A program made the position numbers and the translations under genes. Shown piece after piece: positions 52,271 through 64,000 of a DNA stretch of 64,000 bases (positions are counted from its first letter, which is position 1; each line of letters opens with the position of its first letter). This DNA is from Haplodiscus bocki (lineage: Eukaryota), in contig OZ296649.1 in NCBI GenBank assembly GCA_965655095.1, positions 38,626,001 through 38,690,000 on the forward strand. Reading direction: 5' to 3'. Under the pieces are notes generated by a model. The model was not told the DNA's origin. It was given only the letters and a program-made list of their open reading frames with translations, and searched no databases.

Positions 52271-52757
52271 ATTGCCAGAGCTACAACATTGAATTGAAGC
52301 CCCACGACATTATAACTAAAATAGTGACTCATTAATAATTTACACAATGCTTCACTCTGATCTTTAGTGTATTTTCTTTTTCTACTCAACCTAAATTTGG
52401 CCTTTTTCGAACCGCAGATGGTCAATTGTTTGGTGGTTTATCAAGTCTGGTCGGGATGTTTGCGTGACTTTGTTGAAATTTGCTTTAGGTTTCCCAAACT
52501 TTTGATGCTTGTTATTCAGTTGTGCGGGTTCTCGGACATGACCTATAAACTGAATTTTCTTTCATGGGTGTATTCATATTTTTTGTAACGCCGGCTCTGC
52601 GCGTTTATTCTACATTTTCATCTTATACTGAGTAATTTCTGCATATTTTTATCCTTAATTTCTGATAAAGCTGCTTTTCACATCTGGCTTCGTGATTACG
52701 TGTTTTCCAGGTTTAATTGTTTCCGTTTGATGGGTTGCATTTGCAAATTATATCGCA

Positions 52758-52848
52758 ATGGTTCACGTTTGTGTCATTATTCCTGTAAAAAATGGAGCTT
52801 TGTTGTTGGAGGAATGTCTGCTATCTATAGTCGATCAATCAGTGAGAT
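52758..52848 (+). CDS. B3GNTL1: B3GNTL1/QTGAL queuosine-tRNA galactosyltransferase (GT2), coding exon 1
   Basis: MVHVCVIIPVKNGALLLEECLLSIVDQSVR matches the GT2 N-terminus (VSIILPVHN..WL.ECL.S). Phase-1 donor GTAAGT at 52849. Confidence 0.85.
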
Positions 52849-52879
52849 GTAAGTCTAATGTCAAGTTCTCGACAAATTT

Positions 52880-55445
52880 ATAGTTTCTTGCCCACGGATT
52901 ATATCGACAGTTCAAACCGTTATTCCCACTGTTTCAACAGACCACGATTCAGTATTATGTTCTTTGCAGATTCCCATGAATGGAAAAAAAGTCTTCTATC
53001 TCAGACACCAACGTGAAAGTTGCCGCCAAATGTGTTACAAACTTCTTCGTTTATGCGAATTGTAACTGTGTGTACAGATCATTGGATCCCAACGAAGCTC
53101 TGGGTCAACTAAATTCTATCATGTATTCCGCATTTCACATCTCCTGTCCAACTCGCCAAGTGACTCTCCGTGATCGAGATCCCATCTACGTTACCCCTGC
53201 CGTCAAACTGCTAATAAAACAGCGAAACAAACAATTACGCAAACAAAATGCAGCTGAAGTTATAGATTTGAACGAGCGTATTCGAAAACTTGTTCAGAAG
53301 AACTGCCCAGTTCTCGATAAAATTGGCTCCCGCATTTGCTGGACACATATCAATAGTCTTTCGAAAGATAAACACCCTGCTTCGCCCGTCAACGTTGATG
53401 TGAATAACCTTAATTGGTATTTCAATTCGTTTTCAAATGACCATAACGGCCAGCCACAATTAGAGAAAATTGATTTTCCAACGAGGGACATCCCCTGTTT
53501 TTACCCTGTAGAAGTTTATCATTATCTGAAGAAACAAAAACAGACGTCACACGAATCTAGTGGTCTTCCGTTTTGGATATTTACTCACGCAGCTGAAACT
53601 TTAGCAGAACCCATTTGCTCGTTGTTTAATCTCATCTTACTCTCGCGCACTGTCCGTGACGTTTTCAAGATATCCAATATCGGACCTATTCCAAAAGTCG
53701 CTCGGTCAACACTTCCGAATCATTTTCGACCAATCGCAGTCACTCTAATATTGTCGAGGTTATTTGAACGCATGCTATACGATGAATACATAAAAAAGCC
53801 CTATATCACGTATATTTGCTCAAAACAATTTGGTTTTCGACAGAATAGTTCATTGTGCAGTGCCTTCATTAACCCACTTCATGACGTGTGTTCTCTGCGA
53901 AAAATTTACAACTATATTCGACTTATTACACTGGACATGTCAAAGGCCTTCGACACTATTCAACATTTGGAAATTTCCAAAGAAATCTCCCGATGTGTAC
54001 CTCCGCTTAACGAATATGTGGTGGACGTTTTAAAGTGTTTTCTGACTTCTCGCAGTCATTACACCTCCTTGGGTTCCAGATTTTCGCCGCCGGCTTCAAC
54101 TAATCTTGGTGTTCCCCACGGGACAAAAACGGTTCCTATTTTCTTCAATTATGCCGTCAATGGCACCTTTCGATGAAAATGTTTAAAGTCACCTAGCACA
54201 GGAATCACAGTATATGCTGATGATAACACTCCTTTGATAGGCGGCACTTATACAGGCGGAGACAACGCACTCGATATTATACATAAATTTGGTGACCACT
54301 TCTGCACCAAGAACCTCTCTTTCAACGCTGACAAAAGCTCTGAAATGCTGTTGAATTTTGGTCGAGATGACGTTCCACTTATCTCTGGCATCGACAGAAA
54401 GTCTTCTGTTAAATTACTTGGCATCTTATTCGACGAAAAGTTGAGTTTTAATGATCATGTGAAATGCATCACAAAACAAGCCACTGCCAAGTTATACGTT
54501 GTTTTTCGGTCAAGTAGACTTGGGTTCTCTACTCGTGAATTAACACTTCTTTATAAGGCTTCGGTATTACCCACACTTACGTATTGCTGCTCAGTTTGGG
54601 GCGGAATATCTGATGAGAGCCTCCGAAACCTTGACAGAGTTCAGTCTAAAGCAGTTCGTCTCGGGATCATCAACGAGTTCACTCCTATAAAAGACATCAT
54701 TCGTATCTCCGATAAAAAACTATAGAGACAGATCCTTGACGAAGGTGAGAATCATGTCCTCAACGAAATACTGCCAAAAAGGGGAGCAGGTCACTTGCTA
54801 TAATATAGCAAATGACCAAAATGGATCCTATAATATAGCAACTCACTTGCTATAATTTTATTATAGCAAGTGACCTTCTTTTTTATAGCAAGTGACTTTT
54901 TATTTTATAGCAACTGACCAATATTTAAAAATTTTGTTATGAACGTTAAAATATACATTCAAACACTTGTGGCTGCGCTGTTGTCTCTGCGACTCCCGGG
55001 GTTTCTTTCTCTCGGAATTGCATTGACATATTGCATGTTGTGGTAATATTTATAGGCGAAATCAGTCGTGTTATGAATACTGTTTGAAGAGCCCAATTCA
55101 TAGCAAATGGCAAATGTTCGAAGGGTTACGGTTAGGGTTAGGGTTAGGGTTAGTATGGAATTTTGACATATTTTGATGTTATATTTGCTCTAAGATTTGG
55201 TCACTTGCTATAAAATTATTGGTCACTTGCTATAAAGTTATTGGTCACTTGCTATAATCTATATTATAGCAAGTGACCAGCTATAATTATAGCAAGTGAC
55301 CAGTTATAGCAAGTGACCTGTAGCCCCAAAAAGAGCCCCAGGCACGTCCGGTTTACGAGAAAAAAGACCACCAGTTGAGGCAACCAAATTTGAACCAGAA
55401 CTAAGACTATTTCCCTCTCGTATACTGCGTTCTTATCAGATATAA
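52880..55445 (+). mobile_element. 5'-truncated L2/Crack-group LINE ORF2 in intron 1 of B3GNTL1 (interrupted by MITE copy 2)
   Basis: End of APE (TDHDSV). ORF 52980-54176 has PIPK, FRPIAVT, QFGFR, LDMSKAFD and GVPHGT. VYADD at ~54208. ORF 54234-54725 has VKLLGILFD..LSF..HV and LTYCCSVWGG. After removing the MITE the frame reads HVLNEILPKRAP...LR...FPSR to TAA at 55443-55445. Confidence 0.9.
54782..55325 (-). mobile_element. MITE copy 2 (inverted relative to copy 1)
   Basis: Termini GGGAGCAGGTCACTTGC ... GCAAGTGACCTGTAGCC. TSD CCAAAAAG at 54774-54781 and 55326-55333. (TTAGGG)n at ~55123-55153. Confidence 0.9.
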
Positions 55446-55497
55446 TGTTTATGTTTCCTAGTGAAAATGGATGCTCTATCTGTTTTTGAATGAAAAG

Positions 55498-55778
55498 TTC
55501 TTCTAAGCGTGTCCGTTTTCGATGTTGCTTCCGATGACAATTCGTTAGATATACTTCTACTGTGGCAAAAAAGTTTGCCACAATTTGCCATTGATTGCTA
55601 CTTAAACTCAATTTCGCCGCCTTCAAAAGGTGTTGGTTTTGCTCGCAACCGTGCCGTTGAAATGGTTTTGGCCGACTTTTTCTGTTTTCTGGATTGTGAC
55701 GACATCATGCATCCAAATCGTATTGAAAAACAATTGAAACTGTGCCAAGAGAATAAAACAGCTCTAGTTGGATGCCAG
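55498..55778 (+). CDS. B3GNTL1: B3GNTL1/QTGAL coding exon 2
   Basis: SVFDVASDDNSLDIL..W...KGVGFARNRAV.....FFCFLDCDDIMHPNRIEKQ...LVGCQ, with the DxD motif. Acceptor AG at 55496-55497 (phase 1), donor GT at 55779. Confidence 0.9.
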
Positions 55779-55847
55779 GTTGTTGCAGATTTTTGCATTG
55801 TTTCTAGTTATTTCTTCAATTTTGAGTGAAAGTTTTTCATTTTTTAG

Positions 55848-56192
55848 TTCTGCAGAAACGATAATTCAACGGAGCGTTTTACTCAATGGTGCAACAATTT
55901 ACCGGAAAACAAACTTTCAGTAGAAATATATACCTCTCATGGGCCCACTGTGACAATGCCCACTTGGTTTCTGCACAAATCAAAGCTTTTGAAGTTCGCC
56001 GAAGATGGGCATGGTACACCTGAAGATCTCATCTATTTTTACTCTCATCTGGATGGTGGAGGTTCCGTACGTCGTGTTGATGATGACTTGTTGTTGTATC
56101 GCTATCACGTTTCGAATACAACTTTTGCAATTAAGGTGGAAACTATTTGGGAGCAGAGATTGGGATATTTTCAAAAACGAGTATTGAATGAG
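55848..56192 (+). CDS. B3GNTL1: B3GNTL1/QTGAL coding exon 3
   Basis: NSTERFTQW..L, YTSHGPTVTMPTWF, GTPEDLIYFYSHL.GGG.V.RVD..LLLYRYH and ETIW..R are diagnostic B3GNTL1 motifs. It follows a 69-nt intron ending TTTTTAG; donor GT at 56193. Confidence 0.92.
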
Positions 56193-57099
56193 GTTTGCTT
56201 TTTCGATTGGTTAATTTGGGTCTCGATGAGAGTGGGGTGCTTAACTAAGGTTTTATTTAGTTCACTTGACTATTACTTGATGAATTAGAGATGCAGGATT
56301 GAAATGGAGAACAGTTTTCTTTACAAGTTATTGGGAAAATTCAGGAAAGTAAATCTTTTTGTTTGTGAGCTTTCTCTGTCGATTTGTTTCCGAGGTCGAA
56401 CGGTTTTTGAAAAAATTTGCCGTAGAGTTTCTAAGATCGCTTGGTTGCCTCCTGAGAGGCGGGGAAATGTTTGACCGGAGTTATCTTCGGTCAATGTGAA
56501 GAAACATGCTAATATAAGAATCATTGCTAATAATTGTTCTGAAAGAAGCGAGCCAATCAATAATTGGCTAAATGGTCAGAAAGTATTCCATTATTGCAAT
56601 TGCTATTAGTTTCAAAAATATTGGCAAATGGAATGACGTGAATTAAAATCAGAAGCACGTAACAAACTTCAACAAACAGCAAACTTCATTCATTATTTAC
56701 ATCGACTACATCTCAAGTGCTACAAAAGTTGTGGTTCATTTTGAGGTAGCTGTTGTTCCCGGTGCTGTGGAGTTAAATACTGTCGAAGGTCATTTAGGAT
56801 ATAAATAGCTTGGCTCAAAAACCTGTCATTATAATGGAAGTGGGTGAAATGAAGTGGCTGCTCAAATGCAGCGAATCCCCGGAACTCGTAGTTCTTCAAG
56901 GTGTTAGGGAATATCTGGCCAACGCACTTTATGACCGCTTCCCTCCAAACAACTCTGGGGGAATGTTTGCCGAGAGAAACAGTGTCCGCTAAAGGAGACC
57001 CGGGGCGCAGGTCACTCCAGGGAAAATAAACAAATATAAGGAAAAAGTAAAAGAACCTGTCTAGCGTTCCTCGAGATGGAAGCAGGATGGTTTCGGTCA

Positions 57100-60000
57100 G
57101 GATTCTATCAGGGTGGTTCGAGACACAATGCCATGTGAATATCGAATGGGCTTCTATTTCTTGGACATTTATGTTCACGCATTCCGATGGGACCAAATTT
57201 TACAAGGGTCACACACAATTGATCACTGTCTGAAAGTTATAGCTTGTCAACATTTGCCGCATGGATGTTTCGGTTGTTTTTCTTTCTGTTGCGCTTTGAT
57301 GTTCTCATGGTCTATCCTTGCAGTTCTTTTTGTGTCTTGCACTGCTGGATATGCTCTGATTCTTTCGACACTCAGGGCACTTTCCCCGTTCTATGCTGTC
57401 ACATGTTTTCAAGTGCACTGAGAGCTTTGCTTGGCACTTGAAAACTGCCTTACACTTCGACCATTCCATCTCATCTCTATTTTCCTTTTCATTTGTCTCA
57501 TATCATGTGGATCTCAGCCCCAAGGCGATTCTTCAGTTTTTTTGTACATACTGCGCAGACGCTTGATGATTCCAGTTGATCGTTTTGACTTTTGGACTTT
57601 ACCGTGATTCTGTCTGCTTGGTCTTCTCCCATAACCTTACGCGTCCGATTTGTTCTTTTATCGTTCTTCATCTTTTCCGATCTTTTACTAGATGTTAATT
57701 TGTCCGGTTATATGCCAGCTTCTTTTAGCGTCTTTTTTAAGTATTCCAGCGTGGTTTGGGTTCTTTTTGATTGTTTCATGGAGCCTGCAGATCATCCCAG
57801 TATAACTTGTTTCGCGAGGTGCTGGCTGTCTAATCTCAGCACATGTCTTTGGAAGACTCTTCAGCTAATCTCAATCTGCTGACCAATATCCCAAGTGGTG
57901 ATCTTATACCGTACATGTTGACCAATTTGGTTCTCGTATCTATCAAAGATAGCGTTTTCTAGCGCTACAATATGTATCTGTACACCTTGTTGATGGATGG
58001 CTGCACTTTTAATTTCCGACTTCTGCCAAGTTCTGATTTGGGCGTCAGATTGAACAGTTGACTCAGCACCGCTCGAATGACGTTCGCTTGGGACGCTTCC
58101 GACATTTTGGAGCGCTTCAATCTTTCCCTATAGTCCATGTTGCTCTCATCGTTTTTTGGTTATTTTCAAATCGTGTTCTGTCCCCGTGTTTGTCCATAGC
58201 ATTTTGATTCTTGCAGTCGTTTCCGAGATTCAGATGTTCTTTCATAGTAGGACAGACCTTTTGAAGCTCGTTCGCGGCATTTTGGATGGTTTCTTCGTCT
58301 GTGCCGCATTGAGTTGTATCGTCTGCGAATAGGGAACCGTTCTACATAATAGTTTTTGTTAGTGGGTTTCTTCGCGTTTTTGTGCTGTCTTTCGTTAAGA
58401 GTGAGTGACCTGGTATGAGGTGTCATGATATGCCTAGCTCGCGTCATTATTTTCGGTGTGCATTGCTCTTTTCCGCAGATGACTGTCTAGTGGTAGATAC
58501 TGAAGAGTTTTGGAGATGTAGCGCGTACCATTCTGAGACCCCTTTTGCTAATCCAACTGGTATTTGTTGTCTCGTTACCTTTGATCATGTACCCAGTGGT
58601 CTCGTGGATGCCCTCTAGAGAACAGGGCTTTCGTCTTTTCTTGCTATTTTCAATTTTTGCCTCAGTTGTTTCTTAACTGGGGTATGCTTTTTTGATATCT
58701 TGCAACGTTATAAGAAGGTCCGTTGTTTTGGCTTCTCTTCTCACTCGTCTTGATTTCTTCGTGCATTCTTTTCAAGACTTGTCCCGTGTCTGTGGTTGTC
58801 CTCCCAACTCGGAACATTTGTTCGTTTTCGTTCATAAGCCTCCATGGTTCCCACTTAAATTTTTTGGCTATTGATTTCGCCAAAATCTTGGAAGCCATTG
58901 TGAGGAGACACACGCCCCTGTATTTGTTCAGGTCCTTCCGGTCTGCTTTCTTTGACAATGTTCTACTAGGCACGCTGGTGTATAGCTCTCATTTTTATGC
59001 GGGGGGAGAGGTGTCAAACGTTCGTACCGGCTAGATGCTCCACCGGTGACGGGCCTTCATCATGTTGGTGAAATGCTAATCGAGTTTCTTGTGTCCCCGT
59101 TCCTCTTGGTACCTCGTTCACTAAGTCTTTTATTTTCTCAAAAGGCTGTTCAAATCTTTCCGCTCCCACTTTGGCTATGTGTTTTTGTCTTCTTCATGGA
59201 AAAATAGTCATCTTGGTCTTCCTGATTTCATATCTTTTACGACCAGTTTCATCAAGACAATATGGAACATACCAAAATCTTTCTCTTGTGCTTCTTTGGG
59301 TTCTTGAAGCATCCTGTCCCAGTATTTTTGCCATTTCTTTTTAGCTTTGTTATTTTTTCTTTCAGCTGCATATTATCTTCATCCTCACATAGCTGCCGAA
59401 CTGCAGTAATGATGTTTTTCCACAATCTTTCGATATCATCTTCCGTACCTATCATCGACGTCATTTCAACGCTCTCACTGGCTCTTTCAGACGTTTCCAT
59501 GGCTGCTTCCCGAAGGGTACAATTCGCTTGAGCTGTGCTTGTTGCTTCTTCATTCCTTTTCCTGTTAACCCGTTCATGGAATTGTCCCGTTTCCTCTTCG
59601 TTTAGTTTTATTTTAACTTTCAGTATTTAGGGGTTCACATCATTTCACATTAGTCGTTGTTTTTCTGGGTCTGCGATCCTCATGAACAACTTTGATCGTT
59701 GACTAAGCTCGTTCTCTGGTTCTGTCTTAGGAATCCCTCCAGTTCAATATTTTTCTTGTTCCTATTGAACAGCGTTCCGCTCTTATTGATGTTGTAGTGA
59801 CGAGTCACTCCAGAACAATCCATTCCGTTGATACCAGTTTCGCAGCGATGTGCCAGCATTATCTGTTGCCATGCCATTCCGACTGCAAGTTTCCTAACAG
59901 AAACGGATCGGATGTTTTCCTTTCTTCCGCTGACTGAATTGTCTCCATTTTGATTCAATGCCTTTTTGGTATGCTGTGATGTTGGCTGGTTGCACGAAAT

Positions 60001-60600
60001 CAATTTCAGATTTCCCACTTTCACTGCTGTAACTCCAGCTTTCGTAATCATCGCTTCTGTCCGGGTGCCGGCCTATTCACAAGCTAGTTTTATGGCGAAC
60101 TTCCTCGAATGTGTCACATTCTTTGATTTTTTGGCTGCCCAGTTGGATTACTCCGTCTTTGTTACCCTAATTTCGGATACTAACAATTGTCTATTTTTTT
60201 CTGAGCAGAAAAGAGATACCTTTCCCTGTTTCAATCTGCTATTTGGGTTCAATGACTTTTTTTGGAGATTCGATGTTATTACTTTTGTTTGTTTCGCGCT
60301 TTTCCATTTCGCAATCAACCATGTGTTGATTCTTCGTCTCCTGAACCTCCTTTCTTTCTGGTCCAGGTTTTGGATCTTGATTTTTTTCACGGGTCGTCTA
60401 TCCCGTGATAAAAGAACCCCTTTTTGTCTATCACTCAGGCTTGTTTGTGTGGAGCCAAAAGTTCGTGTAAGGTGTTTGACCCATGTCTCGCTGCTGTCTT
60501 CGCTTTTGATTGTATCTACGCTTACCACCGTCAGGAGTTCTGAGAAGCATGACCAAGCATTTCGTAGCTCCTGTTGAACACAGTAGTGTCGGAGTCCTCT
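57100..60600 (-). mobile_element. Decayed RTE-clade LINE ORF2 (APE-RT) with C-terminal zinc fingers and a PHD finger
   Basis: APE-like LISCNQPT. RT KKADRKDLNKYRGVCLLTMASKILAK..FRVGRTTTD. RTE-type tail HVLRLDSQHLAKQVILG...LKKTLKEAGI. Then CAVC..H, (C)SKC..H...C, CPEC..H...C and a PHD-like C4HC3 pattern. Confidence 0.8.
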
Positions 60601-63599
60601 TTGGTAGCATCATTTATTTCATCATCATCATCACATCCTCACATGCATTTTTCTGTCAAATTCATCTCTTGTTTACGACCATTTTTCTGGTGATCCGTTT
60701 ACCAAGTGATTGTTTACCGCATTCTCATTAATTGCCGCCTGTTATTCCTTAACTCGCCTATTTCCACATCCTTCGTTAATGTTCCTGCAATACCGCGTAA
60801 CCCGAACCTTCTGTCACGCAATATTTCACGCTGATTGATTTTTTTCACACTCCATTTTCGTACAAGGAAACCTTTTTGGTGATCAAGCAAACGTACGAAT
60901 GTTGATATGCGGTTTTTTTCCTGACATCTTTTCATGCTCTGTTTGCAGAATCAAAAATTGTTCCATTTTCGAGTCGTTTTTTTTGGCTGAGTATTAAATG
61001 AACTTACTGGCTTCCGTCATTCAGTACGATCGTCATGGCGGCATAAGCGAACCCCAATCGCTGAATTTTTTCATTGGCTTGTTATTTTCATTTGTTTGCT
61101 TCGTTCCTTCGGCAACGTCAGAAAAATTTTGTCAATTTTGAAAAGCTGAGACACGGTTCACTAGATCCCTTTTATATATGATGTATTGTGTGCTTTATCA
61201 CTCTAATTTTCACGCCGCGATTAATCGACCGGTCTGTCTGTATCCAGATCTTCTTGCCTGAATCCAGATTGTCCGGCAGAATGTTTTAATTTTACGTTAG
61301 ATTGAGTCGTTTCAACGTTAAGTCATTCTTTCTAAGGGACTATAGAACAATACAGCTGGCCACCGCAGGCATGTTTTCCGCACTCCAACGTTGCTAGAGA
61401 TACCTTTCGTATGAATGGAAGCATTTTATTGAAAAACGTTATCTTCCGCAAATATTTATTATTCTTCCAAATTTAAAGTTTTTCTGATTTCTGCAAAGAG
61501 CATTCAATTGAGTTGGCAAAAAGACATTTTAATGAAATGTTCTTATTTGATGGGAAATAATATCGTTTGATACGCATTCTACAGCAAGTTCGCCACCTTT
61601 ACCGATTTAAAAAAAAATTAAGTTTTTTTCAAAAGAAGGAATAGTTTATTATAGAAAAACCCAAATTTTTTACGTTTTGAGATGTATATATGTCAGTCGC
61701 ATTCTACACCAATTTTGCTATGTATTGGTGATAACCGAACTTCAGGTTCAGAACAGACGGTCATTCATACATCATCAATTGGCAAACAACGTGAGAAATT
61801 GTCGATATTGGGTGTTCTGGGTGGATGACTTTCCTTCCATATGATAAATATAGGCAGAAAATAATTATTACATTTTGTGCCCTCTGTATATTTTTCAATA
61901 CATAATGTGGCTGAAAGAATGAATGTTTCGAAAACCAGCCTATGTATAGTTTATTTTCCTGTCCAACAGTTCCTTTTTGTGCCGTCATCAGAGGTTCTAA
62001 TCATCTAGTGTAAATGGTCAGAAGGGCTCTTTTTGAGACATCTTGGTTGGCACTTCTGTTATTCGCGTTCTGTCAAGTAGTTTTTTTAAACATTGGTTTA
62101 AAAATGTCATGTACTGAAACAAAAGCTTTGGTTGGGAAGTAACGAACCAGATATTTGAACCCGAGATGCCTTGACATTTGAACAATTTAAATATGCTAAA
62201 TGATCTTTAAACGATCTCAATTGTTTGTTCATACTGTTTATACAATCATTGAAGAAAACTGAGCGACAGAAAACCAGCTCAGAAGAGAGACTAACTCGAA
62301 ATTGAATGCTTTATGTTTTGGGAATAGTAACCAACCAGAGGATTATGATCCTTGCATCCAGGATTCTTGTATGCTCTCCAAAACTATTCGCCACAATGTA
62401 AATCAGTAAAATCAATACCTGAATAGTTAAACATTTTAAGTTGGTGACAGGATGGAACCAATCCTATCACGCAATACTGTGAAAGACTATTCTTCTTGGG
62501 TTGAAGGCCCCGCTTGTGCTCCTTACCTACCACCAACTGCAATCCCTTCACGTAATCCTCGGCCAGTTTCACATTCAATGAGCTTTGACAGTAGATCAAA
62601 AAAAGGATCGGCAGTATCTACGTAAATTGACAACCCATACAACATTGTCTGACGTCTTGTGGATAATTTTCAAAATTTGGAAACATTCCGCCTTTCGCCT
62701 TCGATGCGAGTGATGCAAATTGGAGACTTCTGGCTGGAATTTCGATTGATGCGTGCTCGATTTGTTCAGTCTAGGGAATCACTCTTTTGGAGAAACCAAC
62801 TTATCGACAGCAGCAGACTGTGCAATAATTGAGACTGCTGATGTTGAACAATTCCCCTTCAATTCGAGAACTACTTACAGATTTGGAATTCATTTCTTTT
62901 TCAAATGACGCTTGACAGTTTTTTTCAAGTCATTTGAATTGAAAAGCGTTGGAGAGTTCAAAGCCCGTTTTGACGCTGTAAATTTTGTTGTTTTAGTCGA
63001 TCCTAGTCTTTCAACTGCTTTCACTCCAATTGGAACACTGTCTCACATTATTAGCTTTTTTTCTTTAAATCGTTTCAACACTTTTCTAACTACTTTTCTA
63101 CGAAGTTCTGATGTTCATTTTTTAAAGTAAAAATTGAGTTGTGAACACCTCTGAAATTTCTGTTTAGTTTGTTTGGGTGGTACTATCGCTGTTCTCTCCA
63201 TTTTCTTCACCTTCTGTTGGCTTTCCCTTTGTTTTTACAAAAAGAGACAAACGTTTCATAGAACTTTTGGGGCTGTAGTTTATGGTTTTCCAAGGAATTT
63301 TTCTCTCGCAACAACTTTGTTCTGAGCAGTTGCTTTTCTCTTTCAACTTCTACTTTTCAATCAATTTTTACTTTCTGTTCTTTTTTATAATTTAATGATT
63401 TATTTCTGTAACTTCAACGCTCACTGATTTTTAACCTAACGGTAAATAATTACTCAACTTGAACTTACACCTAATCCTTATGTTGGCTCAGAGGTAGGGA
63501 ATTTTTAGATTTTTGAAGATTTATTTCGGAATAGTTCGGCTGTAGCTGCAATTCCTGCTTCTCTACGAGCCATTTTTCTGCAGACCCCTCATTGAGAAC

Positions 63600-64000
63600 G
63601 ATTTATCCAAACTTTGCCTTTATCTACGCATCGATACTTAGAACTATCACTAGCTTTTCTTTGTGACCTATTTTGCAATCGTCAGCTACAAGAACTACTT
63701 GTTTTACACTTGGAAAATCTCCAATTTGACTCGGATATTGACAATCTGGAAAGTTTCCTAGTAACTTTGCGAATAAAGGCAATGAAAACCTCTCCGAATG
63801 CAATTCCTCTGCCGGTTGCACCAATTGAAGCACATGCCCTGGATGCGGCAATTGAACGAACTAGGTTTGACGAAGACACAGCGCGTCGCGCAGAAGTAAT
63901 GAGTTCTGCTCAGGAAGCACATTCAGTTCAAGTTGGGCTTCAATTTATGAAAAATATGCCTCGCTGGCTGCGTGCAAAGTTGCTCAAGCAACCTTAAAAT
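63600..64000 (+). mobile_element. Probable LTR-retrotransposon gag fragment
   Basis: ORF 63614-63997 has DNLESFLVTLR.KA and FMKNMPRWLRAKL, resembling gag capsid-like motifs (F...L...A; F..GLP..LR..L). Confidence 0.4.

Noticed and set aside
55491-55493. In-frame TGA as selenocysteine
   Set aside because: Not at a conserved Cys position, no SECIS could be assessed, and the downstream acceptor removes it.
59966-60577. 203-aa hydrophobic ORF resembling a membrane protein
   Set aside because: Antisense shadow of the A-rich RTE LINE strand, with no recognisable motif.

Overview
AT-rich eukaryotic (metazoan) draft-genome window with two assembly gaps (N 22112-22311, 34332-34884). It has no prokaryotic operons, rRNA or CRISPR arrays. 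Most of the window is nested, decayed mobile DNA: two Polinton/Maverick-type protein-primed PolB remnants of different subtypes, several Ty3/Gypsy remnants, a Copia with a Met PBS, a BEL/Pao fragment, CR1/L2 and RTE LINEs, probable Sola2- and hAT-like transposase relics, and two copies of a telomere-repeat-containing MITE with 8-bp TSDs. Two host genes are visible. One is the first three coding exons of B3GNTL1/QTGAL (+ strand), with an L2-group LINE and a nested MITE in intron 1. The other is a divergent FABP/calycin-like gene (- strand) broken by a 1-nt frameshift. The most unusual signals are accessory domains in retroelements: a TARG1/OARD1-type macrodomain downstream of the Gypsy integrase (about 20.2-20.6 kb), and a tail of three zinc fingers plus a PHD finger after the RT of the RTE LINE (about 57.1-57.6 kb). 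All family calls come from motif recognition by eye; no searches were run, and boundaries of decayed elements are approximate.
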